A DNA stretch of 38,737 bases from the IMG/VR virus record IMGVR_UViG_3300029230_000021; one strand, 5' to 3'. Positions within the stretch are counted from its first letter, which is position 1. The number at the start of each line of letters is the position of its first letter. A model generated the notes under the pieces. That model was not told the DNA's origin, ran no database searches, and worked only from the letters and a program-made list of their open reading frames with translations. The translations under genes were made by a program, and so were the position numbers. Origin of the DNA: a virus. This document shows, one piece after another, positions 22,610 through 31,067 of the stretch.

Positions 22610-24287
22610 CAGCTTTTGTCCCTTTCTCATCCGCATAAGCGGGAACAATGTGCCAGCCCTTTTTCAGACTATAATGAATCGTAAAACAGGTTGTATCAAT
22701 CCATTCCCCGGTATATAAACCTACTGTCTTACCAATAATCTTGTCGTTGGCAGTTATTAGCTCTGACTGCTTCCATATCCCGGTTTTTTTGTCTCTCAAT
22801 ATGAGCCCTGTACCCGAATACTTATTAAAAAGATCGGTTAGTTCATCCTGCGTTGCGGTAACAACACTCGGGCCGTATAAGCCTTGTCTCTGCTGCCTCT
22901 GGGCATACATATTGTACTCATTCGTGCCGACATAATGCCCGTTCTGCCGTCCGGTGTTCATCTCATGCGAATATTCGTTCTTTATCTTTTGCCGGATAGG
23001 CAGGTCACGGAGATACGCATCAACATTACCGCTTTCACTACCTGTATTATACATTCCGTTGGCTTGCTTGGCAAGCACGTTGTATTGTTTGTTGATCAAC
23101 TTCGACTCAGATACGCCGAACTCCGGGATGTTTCCCCGCTCGAGCTGTTCACGCAGCCCTGCCGCCTTGCTGAATGTGTGGTATTCGTCGTTTAGGCGCT
23201 TATAGCGTACTGCAAGGCTTGTGTATTCCTCGTCGTCGCCGCGCGCCTTGGCGGCTATCGCCTCGCGCTTGACCTTGTGCAGTGCTGTTTCAATCTGCCG
23301 CTGTTTCTGCGTCGCTTCGTACATGGTATATTTCCTGCCCTCAAACTCAAACGGCGGCGGATCGAGGTTTTCTAACTCTTCGTCGGTATATGTCCGCTCT
23401 GCTACGCCCTCAACAAAGGCATGGTACAAATGTCGGCAGTTAACGCCGCATAGGCCGTCCACTTGGTCAAGCCCGCAGACTTCGTATATCGACGGGTATT
23501 TGTCGTTGACGTGTATCGAATACACGCGGCCTTGCCATTTCTTGTGGCTGCTCCACGGATTAGGATAATCCTTATCACGTGCGCCCCTGTGTGCTGTGAC
23601 CTCTCTATAAGGCGTATTAAGCAGCTCGGCGGTCTGCTCGCTATACTGCCGTGACAGTTGCGTTACCCCTGTCATAACCGCCCGGCGCGCGGCGACGTCA
23701 ACGCGGTTATGCCATCCGGAAGCGTATTCGATGTACTGCACTCCGCTGTCTGTGAGCTGCTTTGTCGCCTCTCTGATAGCCACGTTATAGCTGATCCCGC
23801 TCTGCACTTTCATCAGCGCATCATCAAGAACCCGCTCATACATTCCATCGAGGTCGAGCATCTGAATCTGCCCGGCTACACGCACGGCAAAGCCCATTGT
23901 GCGCGTAATGTTGCGCAGCTCGCCGCTTGTCTGCGCAGCTATGGCTGCTATCGTGCTGTCGAACGCTTCACGGTTAAAGCCGGTTTGATCCGTTACGACA
24001 GCATCAAAATAACGCTGATTCTCGCCCAGCGCGGTACTCCAAGCTTTGGAGAACTCCGCGTCGGTGAGCTTCAGCGTTTTCTTGATGTACTTATTGATGT
24101 TATCGAGGTCATAGCCGTTTCTCAACAGTTGCTTTATATGCCGGATCGTCGTTGCCGTCGCCGTCTCGTTATACTTGAACCGGCTGCATATATCGGCTAT
24201 GAGGTAATCGGCAAGCCGTTCATATAGAACAACAATAGCTTCCGGGAGTTCCTGCATAAACTCCGGTGTAATTGGATACTTCGGCAT
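22602..24287 (-). CDS. MuF/SPP1 gp7-family head morphogenesis protein with a C-terminal toxin-like (Ntox50/BECR-like) domain
   Basis: MuF core HKKWQGRVYS...GLCGVNCRHLYHAF. C-terminal GTNEY...YGPS...YSGTGL...IHYSLKKGWHIVPA. Confidence 0.8.
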   Translation of the reverse strand: MPKYPITPEFMQELPEAIVVLYERLADYLIADICSRFKYNETATATTIRHIKQLLRNGYDLDNINKYIKKTLKLTDAEFSKAWSTALGENQRYFDAVVTDQTGFNREAFDSTIAAIAAQTSGELRNITRTMGFAVRVAGQIQMLDLDGMYERVLDDALMKVQSGISYNVAIREATKQLTDSGVQYIEYASGWHNRVDVAARRAVMTGVTQLSRQYSEQTAELLNTPYREVTAHRGARDKDYPNPWSSHKKWQGRVYSIHVNDKYPSIYEVCGLDQVDGLCGVNCRHLYHAFVEGVAERTYTDEELENLDPPPFEFEGRKYTMYEATQKQRQIETALHKVKREAIAAKARGDDEEYTSLAVRYKRLNDEYHTFSKAAGLREQLERGNIPEFGVSESKLINKQYNVLAKQANGMYNTGSESGNVDAYLRDLPIRQKIKNEYSHEMNTGRQNGHYVGTNEYNMYAQRQQRQGLYGPSVVTATQDELTDLFNKYSGTGLILRDKKTGIWKQSELITANDKIIGKTVGLYTGEWIDTTCFTIHYSLKKGWHIVPAYADEKGTKADV

Positions 24288-25705
24288 TACTCATTTTCAC
24301 CTGATACAAGGTCTTCCATCTTTGGCAACGCTGCCTTTGCGGTCGCTTCATCCTCGTTCATCCATTTAGCCCTAAATTCCCAATGGTTCATAATGCCCAT
24401 CTGCACCATGCGGGAATCACGGGAAAAATCTGTTTCCTTGTCCTCTATAATGCTGTCGTCGAAATCTATTGTGATTTCAACATCTTCATCAAGTCCCAAT
24501 TTCATATAGGCGTTGCCCATACGTAGAAGGATTCGGCACAGCTCGACAAGTACGTCCTCAAGAATGATCTCATGCTTCTTTATCGTGCGGAACATTTCGC
24601 TGTTTTCGCTGATGATCTGCGTTGCCGTGCTGACATTGCCATTATCATACTTGTAATGGTTTTCACCAAAGCCGCACTTGCTTGACAGCAGATTAAGCAT
24701 ATCCTGTATACCGGCGTTGTGCTCTGATGTGCGCAGGTTCATGTTTATCTCTTTGACAATATCGCCGGGTTGCCCGTCCTCCGGGAGCACATAAAAAACA
24801 ACATCGTTTGTGTCAAACAGCGGTTCGCCCGTGTGGAAATTCGTCGTAGCCTGTGGCTTGAGCATTACGCGCTTTTTGCCGAGTTGAAACTCATTTACAT
24901 AGCTGTCATAGGTAAGATCAACGCCCTTGAGCTGATCTGTGGCGTTTGCAAATACCGCTATGCCCATCGGAAGCGTCGGATCAACATTGTTTGCAATGTT
25001 CAGCCGGTCAATAACAAACGTCCGCTGTGTAAAAGGCGTATGCACAACAGGCGGGATATTCTCAAACTCCGGAACATCCGCAAGGTTAACTTCGGACAGG
25101 CTACCTTTTGTGTCTCTGTATAGCAGATTTTCAATGTCGTACGTGCCGCGTTCGCTGCGCTTATGAATACAGATATACAGATACGTGTCTTTCTTAACAG
25201 CTTTATGACTACCGAACGCACATTCTGTAACAATGCCGTTTTCCCATGTAAGCGGCAGGATCAAATCAGCCGGAACGTAATCAATACGTATCTCTCCATC
25301 TGTGCCGGTTACTGCGCCGGTCTGGCCGTCGACCTGTACATTAGAGACCGTCGGCACGTATGCCGTCGTTCCTCGCGCTGCTTTCAGCTCCTGCATTTCG
25401 TTTATTTTGACGGCGAAATTGTTTCGCTTGAAAACATCATCAATGAACGCCTGTTCTTTCTTGCCCTCAAGGGTGATTTTAACCTTTTCGTTCATCAATA
25501 GATTCGCCCAGTCCTCGCAGACTTTCTTTGCCATGCCGAGCGAGTACAGGCGACAGGGGACAGACTTCATACCGTTCCACACCTTATAACGGTGGAACGT
25601 CTTAACATAGCCGTCATACCAGCTTTTCCAATTCTCTATGTACGTATAAAAACTTTCGGGCACAGTAGTATAGCCCCGCGCCCGCAACACTTCGTATATG
25701 TTCAT
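24287..25705 (-). CDS. Portal protein (SPP1 gp6-like)
   Basis: 472 aa, between terL and MuF. The acidic C-terminus and overall pattern are typical of SPP1-type portals. Confidence 0.85.
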   Translation of the reverse strand: MNIYEVLRARGYTTVPESFYTYIENWKSWYDGYVKTFHRYKVWNGMKSVPCRLYSLGMAKKVCEDWANLLMNEKVKITLEGKKEQAFIDDVFKRNNFAVKINEMQELKAARGTTAYVPTVSNVQVDGQTGAVTGTDGEIRIDYVPADLILPLTWENGIVTECAFGSHKAVKKDTYLYICIHKRSERGTYDIENLLYRDTKGSLSEVNLADVPEFENIPPVVHTPFTQRTFVIDRLNIANNVDPTLPMGIAVFANATDQLKGVDLTYDSYVNEFQLGKKRVMLKPQATTNFHTGEPLFDTNDVVFYVLPEDGQPGDIVKEINMNLRTSEHNAGIQDMLNLLSSKCGFGENHYKYDNGNVSTATQIISENSEMFRTIKKHEIILEDVLVELCRILLRMGNAYMKLGLDEDVEITIDFDDSIIEDKETDFSRDSRMVQMGIMNHWEFRAKWMNEDEATAKAALPKMEDLVSGENE

Positions 25706-27280
25706 TTATGCTTTTACTCCGTATACTCTGAATACTTTTTCGAGGGCATATCTTGTGCTGTCGATGGTGTGGTTATCCTTATCCGGATAGCCGCTTATCA
25801 CATTCCCGTCCTTGTCGCGTTCAAACTCGTAGTTTACAAACTCCTTATAAACTGTTGGCGTTCTCTCTGGGTCAATTACCATCTTTCGTATCTGTAACCA
25901 CTTCATACCGTACTCAACGCTGCCGGGGCCTTTTATCGCCTCGAACGCATTTACGCCACTTGCTCGGAAGTCTGCAACGCTCTTCGGCTCCGCGCTGTCG
26001 CACGTTACCGGATAATCGTCATACCCTGCTTTTTTTATCCATGCCGCATTATCTGCATTGCTGGTTTTGTTATTGCAGTGCTCGTCTATAAAATAAATCG
26101 TCTCTCGCGCGACGTCGTAATGCACGCGCACGAACGCGAATATGTCCGGATAATAGCCCCAGTCCACGCCCTGATATATTCTATCAAACCGCTCTATCTC
26201 TTCGTCAGTAATGCGCCGAGCCTCGATGTTATCAAACACATTGCCGCCGTCACCGTTGGAAACGCCGAGATATTCATGCTCATAAGCTGCCGGGTTTACC
26301 TCTTTAAGGTGTTCCGCGTCGTCGAGGAACATAGTACCTAACCATTCCGGCGGCGCTTCCAAATATGACGAATGATGTACAATGCGGTTTTCGTCCGGCT
26401 CTAAGAGCTGCTGATTAACCCAGTTTGCGCGGCTCTTCGGCGGGTTATATGAGCCGAAGAAATAAGCGTCATTGCCGCCACGGAGAACAGACTGTCTCAC
26501 GCTTCGTTCTTCCGCTGCTCCCGCGAGCTGATCGCGTTCTTCTATCCAGAGAATACCGACATAGCCAAACGGTGGCTTTAATGACTTGAGCTTTACCGGA
26601 TCGTCACAGCCGCGAAAGTATATCTTCTGCCCGGTCTTGCGGTATGTTATCTCGACCGGCGAAACTTTGAAATCGAAGTCAGTAGACAGCCCCATTTCGT
26701 TGATAGCCCATTGTATTTGCGAGTAAACGCTATCTTTAAGTGTGTTCGTCTGTTTTCGGACAACGCAAGCGTGCATTGTCGGGTTGTTTATAAGCAGCTC
26801 CGGTATCTTCTCGGAGATATACGACGACTTCAAGCCGCCGCGCCCGCCCTTGAATATGTATGACTTGTTCGGCACTATCTGCCGGTTTATATCAACAAAC
26901 GCCTTGCCGATTATCTCAGCAGGTATCTTGAACGGCTTATCGTCTGCCGTGCCCTCGCTCGTCCATGTCTCCCAACGGTCAACGGCTCTATCGTCCCCGC
27001 TTACGGCTTTTCCGTACACTCCTGCAACAATAGCGGCGTTGCACGTCATGTCCTCGTCGTCTATCGCAAGCCCCACGCGCTTTATTTGCCCCTTGAGCTT
27101 ATCCGGCGCGGGCTGCTGCGCTATCGACTTTGCGAGGCTTGCAAGGCTCTTGTTAGCTCTCTTGGCCTCTCCTGAGACTATGCCGCCCTTTCGTCCATTT
27201 CTCGCCGCCATCTCGCCGCTTTTGAACTGCGTATCGCGTCCTTTTTTTAAGTTCTCGTCCTGTTTGGGATTGCGTGGCAT
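25706..27280 (-). CDS. terL: Terminase large subunit (PBSX-type) with a ~100-aa basic N-terminal extension
   Basis: Walker A-like FKGGRGGLKSS, nuclease-region motifs, 524 aa. N-terminus MPRNPKQDENLKKGRDTQFKSGEMAARNGRKGGIVSGEAKR. Confidence 0.9.
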   Translation of the reverse strand: MPRNPKQDENLKKGRDTQFKSGEMAARNGRKGGIVSGEAKRANKSLASLAKSIAQQPAPDKLKGQIKRVGLAIDDEDMTCNAAIVAGVYGKAVSGDDRAVDRWETWTSEGTADDKPFKIPAEIIGKAFVDINRQIVPNKSYIFKGGRGGLKSSYISEKIPELLINNPTMHACVVRKQTNTLKDSVYSQIQWAINEMGLSTDFDFKVSPVEITYRKTGQKIYFRGCDDPVKLKSLKPPFGYVGILWIEERDQLAGAAEERSVRQSVLRGGNDAYFFGSYNPPKSRANWVNQQLLEPDENRIVHHSSYLEAPPEWLGTMFLDDAEHLKEVNPAAYEHEYLGVSNGDGGNVFDNIEARRITDEEIERFDRIYQGVDWGYYPDIFAFVRVHYDVARETIYFIDEHCNNKTSNADNAAWIKKAGYDDYPVTCDSAEPKSVADFRASGVNAFEAIKGPGSVEYGMKWLQIRKMVIDPERTPTVYKEFVNYEFERDKDGNVISGYPDKDNHTIDSTRYALEKVFRVYGVKA

Positions 27281-27295
27281 ACCCTCCCTCCCTTG

Positions 27296-27335
27296 AAAAT
27301 AAAAAATCGCCGTTCTGAATTATCAAAACGACGAT
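27296..27335 (-). terminator. Rho-independent terminator directly upstream of the terL RBS
   Basis: The minus strand reads atcgtcgtt-ttgataattcag-aacggcgat followed by tttttatttt. Confidence 0.65.
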
Positions 27336-27352
27336 TGCTGTTAAATTAAAAA

Positions 27353-27423
27353 TGGCAAGCGAACGGAATCGAACCGTTACCTCCGCTATCACGGTATGCT
27401 CCTTTTACACCACGGGCTTGCCA
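27353..27423 (-). ncRNA. tRNA-like element (perfect acceptor-type stem and T-arm; D/anticodon region non-canonical)
   Basis: 8-bp stem tggcaagc/gcttgcca. T-arm aacgg-ttcgatt-ccgtt. A 37-nt middle part that I could not fold into a cloverleaf. No encoded CCA. A terminator follows. Confidence 0.5.
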
Positions 27424-27581
27424 CGTTTATTGTACCATGTCTGCCGTACCTTTTCAATAGGGTCATTCATCCCGTATCTGGCGATAGATTCTTTTATCTC
27501 GTCTATCTGCTCTTGTGGGTGCTCCTTCGTGTTGTTGCTGTATGGCTTGAGATCGTCAAGCCTCATTGTGATTATATCCAT
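27405..27581 (-). pseudogene. Truncated ParB-like N-terminal domain gene (about 45 aa of homology, then unrelated tail ending inside the tRNA-like element)
   Basis: MDIITMRLDDLKPYSNNTKEHPQEQIDEIKESIARYGMNDPI matches the ParB/Srx N-terminus. The expected GHGR-type segment and the rest of the domain are missing. Confidence 0.6.
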
Positions 27582-27710
27582 AGCCCCCTCCACTGCTTAT
27601 GGTGTCCCTCGCCGTAGCTGCTCCTACTCTTTGGGCGGTGTGAAAAGGAGGTAAACCCACCGCCGTGATCGTGCTCAAAACGTCGTCAAGTTCACGCTCT
27701 TGCGGTTAAG

Positions 27711-27740
27711 CAAAAGAGCGCCGGTGCTTTCCGGCGCTCT
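27711..27740 (-). terminator. Rho-independent terminator after the RinA-like gene
   Basis: Stem agagcgccgg/ccggcgctct, followed on the minus strand by tttgctt. Confidence 0.55.
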
Positions 27741-27789
27741 CTGAGCGTACACATTATACCACTTGACCTTGGCTTTTTAGGCTAAACTT

Positions 27790-28194
27790 TCACAGCAGCC
27801 CAAAATTTCTTGCCGTCTGCTCGATAAACCTGTTATGCCAATTTTTGGCCGTGCCGTAGCTGATGTTACACGCCATCGCCGCACCTTGAAGCGTGTGTGT
27901 CTTACTGAAAAACACCATATCTATCAGTCTCATGCGTTCTTCGCCGTCAGTGCACGTCCGTAACGTCGTCTGTATGGTTTTCTCGACGGCGACATATTCT
28001 TTCATCTCGATTGGCGGCAGCTCGCATAGTGCCGTGTCCTCAGACGTGCGGTGAACCTCCGAGCCGTGCCCTGCCTCGCTATACGCTGGGGTTATGCTCT
28101 GCTCTCGCAGCGCCTTGAGATCGTCGCAGTGTGCCGGGTACGCACGGATGATAGCTTTGGCAAAGCCCCACCATTTGTAACGCGGCTTACTCAT
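27790..28194 (-). CDS. RinA-like late-gene transcriptional activator
   Basis: 134 aa. C-terminal HTH THTLQGAAMACNISYGTAKNWHNRFIEQTARNFG. Lies just upstream of the packaging genes. Confidence 0.65.
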   Translation of the reverse strand: MSKPRYKWWGFAKAIIRAYPAHCDDLKALREQSITPAYSEAGHGSEVHRTSEDTALCELPPIEMKEYVAVEKTIQTTLRTCTDGEERMRLIDMVFFSKTHTLQGAAMACNISYGTAKNWHNRFIEQTARNFGLL

Positions 28195-28846
28195 GCGCCG
28201 CCTCCCATGTTATAACCAGCTTTTGCAGTTCCGCCGTCGTAAGTAGCGCATATGCCGCGTTAAATGCGTCTTGCGCTGTGGTATTGGAGAACTCCAACAC
28301 GCCGTTTATTGGTATTCCCACGCCCACGGGGCAGCTTCGGGGGCTTTCTGCCGGTTTTATGACCGGCTCTGTCGGCGTTGCAACCTCCACCACCGGTAAC
28401 GGTTCTTCACTCACGTCCTGCATAACCTCGTTCGTGCTGTTTACCCATGCCCAGAACGCATCGTTTCGCCCCGTGCGTACCTCGCTTACGTTGCTCCTAA
28501 AGGGTATGCCCAGTTCCTTAAACATAGAGCAAACTGTATTCCGGCTTACCCCGAACATCTCAGCAAGCGCTTTCTGCTGCGGATTGTACTTGCTTATGAT
28601 CGTGCTTAGATATTCACGCTTGATGTCGTCCGGCATTCGCTTGAACTGTGCCCACTTCATAGGGCTGTTGAGGTTATAGCTCTGTACTTCTCCGTTCATC
28701 TTATCACGCTCCTTTTTCGTCATATAATCAGACGGCATTTTGACTCTGCCTCCCTTTCCGGCGTGGGAGCGTTTATTGAAGCTCCCACGTGCTACGCGTT
28801 TCCGGTCTGCACATTCAGAGCGGAACACGTATTCTTCATCGGTCAT
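28187..28846 (-). CDS. Hypothetical DNA-binding protein (internal HTH)
   Basis: QQKALAEMFGVSRNTVCSMFKELGI. Basic N-terminus. No family recognised. Confidence 0.45.
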   Translation of the reverse strand: MTDEEYVFRSECADRKRVARGSFNKRSHAGKGGRVKMPSDYMTKKERDKMNGEVQSYNLNSPMKWAQFKRMPDDIKREYLSTIISKYNPQQKALAEMFGVSRNTVCSMFKELGIPFRSNVSEVRTGRNDAFWAWVNSTNEVMQDVSEEPLPVVEVATPTEPVIKPAESPRSCPVGVGIPINGVLEFSNTTAQDAFNAAYALLTTAELQKLVITWEAAHE

Positions 28847-28861
28847 TTCCCTGCGCTCCTA

Positions 28862-29287
28862 TCAGCGGCCAGACGAGCCAAAGCCGCGGTCTCCGCGCTC
28901 GGTGTTGTCAAGGTGGTCTACAATCTCAAGTTCCGGTGTGATTATCGGCATAATTACAAGCTGGCTGATCTTATCACCCTTGTTGACTTCATAAGCGTTC
29001 TGACCGTGGTTATAGAGCTTGACACATATGCTCCCTGTGTAACCGCTGTCTATAACACCCTCGCTGGTTATGTCGTGCTTGACGTTCAGCCCGGACTTGC
29101 TCTTGAGCATACCGACATAGCCCTCCGGTATCTCGATATGTACGCCGGTATCAATGACGGCGCTGCTGTACGGCGGGGCATAAGCCCTTATAGGTGAGCG
29201 CAGATCATATCCCGCGTCAAGATCGTGCGCACGTTCCGGCAGGTAGGCGCCGGGGCCGATTACAATTTTCAGCAGTCTGCAAAACAT
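28862..29287 (-). CDS. dut: dUTP diphosphatase
   Basis: AHDLDAGYDL, GVIDSGYTG, ERGDRGFGSSG motifs. Likely start at ATG 29287 (the ORF track starts at 29347). Confidence 0.9.
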   Translation of the reverse strand: MFCRLLKIVIGPGAYLPERAHDLDAGYDLRSPIRAYAPPYSSAVIDTGVHIEIPEGYVGMLKSKSGLNVKHDITSEGVIDSGYTGSICVKLYNHGQNAYEVNKGDKISQLVIMPIITPELEIVDHLDNTERGDRGFGSSGR

Positions 29288-29411
29288 CTTCGTCGTTGGC
29301 AAGCGCCGGGAAGAACCGGAGCAGACATTTTCTTGCAAGCTTCTCATTTGCTATGTACAGTTCCTCACAGCTTGTGTTGCTTGCCGTCTCTGGTGACGAT
29401 TTTGATATCAT
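29217..29411 (-). CDS. 64-aa ORF, N-terminal 47 aa resemble sigma-70 region 2; 3' part overlaps the dut start out of frame (possible gene remnant)
   Basis: EELYIANEKLARKCLLRFFPALANDEDVLQTA, then the low-quality tail ENCNRPRRLPAGTCARS. Confidence 0.3.
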   Translation of the reverse strand: MISKSSPETASNTSCEELYIANEKLARKCLLRFFPALANDEDVLQTAENCNRPRRLPAGTCARS

Positions 29412-29461
29412 ATCTTACCTCACGCGGTGCCACGAAGTTCCAGCAGTCCATATAGGTTAGC

Positions 29462-29803
29462 TCACTCATGTGCGTCCTCCTCGTCTTCAAAGCGTTTGAG
29501 GCATTCGCGCAACTCCGCGCATACCCACCCCGCAAGATAGAGAAGTGCTAACACGCCCTCCATGCTATCGGTTCCGCCATACAGCCAATCCACCATTGCA
29601 AACATAACATCCTCATCAGACATGGTTTCCGGAATCTCGTCTGGTTCCATATATCGGCATATAAGCTTTCGCATTAAATCAAGCAGGGCGATGTCTGTAC
29701 CGTTCTCTCCGTATCCGCGCACCCACGTTTTGCCGTCTTTGGCATAGAACAGATTCAGCGACTGTTCTAAATTGCCTTGTGGAGTATTTGTCGTAAGTCT
29801 CAT
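29462..29803 (-). CDS. Hypothetical protein (113 aa from ATG 29803)
   Basis: RBS aaaggaaa. No recognisable domain. Confidence 0.5.
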   Translation of the reverse strand: MRLTTNTPQGNLEQSLNLFYAKDGKTWVRGYGENGTDIALLDLMRKLICRYMEPDEIPETMSDEDVMFAMVDWLYGGTDSMEGVLALLYLAGWVCAELRECLKRFEDEEDAHE

Positions 29804-30060
29804 GTTGTTTTCCTTTCTCCGTGCGAACAAAAATCATTTGGTTCAACGTCAGCATATTGAAAATAACCATTACAAACAAACCCATGGCAACCTTCTTCGT
29901 TATAGTAGTATGCATATTTACAGTCTTTACACCTAACTACAGGGACGGCGTCAATCGTAGGCGCGGTATTAACAAGCGTTGCCGCAAGAACCTTTACGCT
30001 TCGAATTGCCGTGCTTTCTTTTACACGCTTTTTCAATGCATCAGCATCAATCGGTCGCAT
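29800..30060 (-). CDS. Small Cys-rich protein, paralogue 1 (VVRCKDC ... FCSHGE)
   Basis: RBS acggagg before ATG 30060. PVVRCKDCKYAYYYNEEGCHGFVCNG...DFCSHGERK. Confidence 0.55.
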   Translation of the reverse strand: MRPIDADALKKRVKESTAIRSVKVLAATLVNTAPTIDAVPVVRCKDCKYAYYYNEEGCHGFVCNGYFQYADVEPNDFCSHGERKTT

Positions 30061-30307
30061 AGTCACTGCCTCCGTTCTTTCCCTCACCATAAGAACAAAA
30101 ATCATCAAGCTCCATACCAAAACCAAGTCTGCAACAAATTATGTATTTGTTGTCATCTGACATAATGCCGCTCGTACAGTTCTCGCATCTCACCACCGGT
30201 GCAACGTCGGCAGCAGGAAAATTTTCAATGTCAAATTTTACGTTAAAATATCGGCTCGTTCCCTTCATGTAGTCAAGAAACGCCTCCCGCTCTATGTATT
30301 CAGCCAT
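30047..30307 (-). CDS. Small Cys-rich protein, paralogue 2 (VVRCENC ... FCSYGE)
   Basis: PVVRCENCTSGIMSDDNKYIICCRLG...DFCSYGEGK. Same architecture as the neighbouring gene. Confidence 0.55.
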   Translation of the reverse strand: MAEYIEREAFLDYMKGTSRYFNVKFDIENFPAADVAPVVRCENCTSGIMSDDNKYIICCRLGFGMELDDFCSYGEGKNGGSDYATD

Positions 30308-30563
30308 ATAGCGCTCTCCTTTGTCTTACTTTCTCTACTTCTGTGCAAAAACACTGTGCAAGCTTCGTAACACAGTCATCGCACATCCAGTATTCGTGAT
30401 ACTTCGTTGAAAGGCGCTTACCATCGTGATACCCTGTCTCCGGTACTGTTAGTTTGAAGACGAAGTCCATCTTGTGACAGCCGGAGCAAACGCAGTTGTC
30501 CGTATCGCTGATATGGCCTCGAAACTCCACATCTGGGAGATAGTTAACATTAGCTTCGTTCAT
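30300..30563 (-). CDS. Zinc-finger-like hypothetical protein (87 aa)
   Basis: CVCSGCHK ... CDDCVTKLAQCFC. Confidence 0.5.
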   Translation of the reverse strand: MNEANVNYLPDVEFRGHISDTDNCVCSGCHKMDFVFKLTVPETGYHDGKRLSTKYHEYWMCDDCVTKLAQCFCTEVEKVRQRRALYG

Positions 30564-30569
30564 AGTCTG

Positions 30570-31067
30570 TCAGTTCCTCACTATCGTAAAATCGTTCTTG
30601 AGTATTCCGTTGGATAACACAAAGCAGTTGGTGCGTGGCTTGTTGAGCTCTCCGATCTCCGGGATTATAAAGTGTATCCGCTTCCGAAAGAGTATGATCT
30701 GGTGTCCATAGTCAAGCGGTACGCCATCATTCAGAAACAGGAAAGGCAGGATCAACGCGAACGGCAAATTCAAATCCTTCAGGCGCTGGAGGATTTCTTT
30801 CTTGCGGCTGAACGGCGGGTTGCTGACAACAGCATTGCAGCCGGGCGGCGGCTCCGTTGTGAAGAAGTCGCTGCTCGTTGCCGTCACGGTGTGACCGTAC
30901 TCCCGCAGCACGTGCGGAAAGTGGCTCTTCTCTGTATCGAACGGACACCAGATATTCAGATCCGGGATGAGATTGTCTGCGATAATGCGGACGTCTTTCT
31001 CAAGCGTGAAGTATTCATCGCCGCGCACCGAGTTGATTGCCAGCACATCAGCGTTAATGTTGGTCAC
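30570..31067 (-). CDS. Putative N6-adenine DNA methyltransferase (EcoRI-methylase-like small phage type)
   Basis: DEYFT near the N-terminus, CPFD, catalytic VVSNPPFS. GTG start in a GTGA overlap with the upstream frame. Confidence 0.6.
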   Translation of the reverse strand: MTNINADVLAINSVRGDEYFTLEKDVRIIADNLIPDLNIWCPFDTEKSHFPHVLREYGHTVTATSSDFFTTEPPPGCNAVVSNPPFSRKKEILQRLKDLNLPFALILPFLFLNDGVPLDYGHQIILFRKRIHFIIPEIGELNKPRTNCFVLSNGILKNDFTIVRN

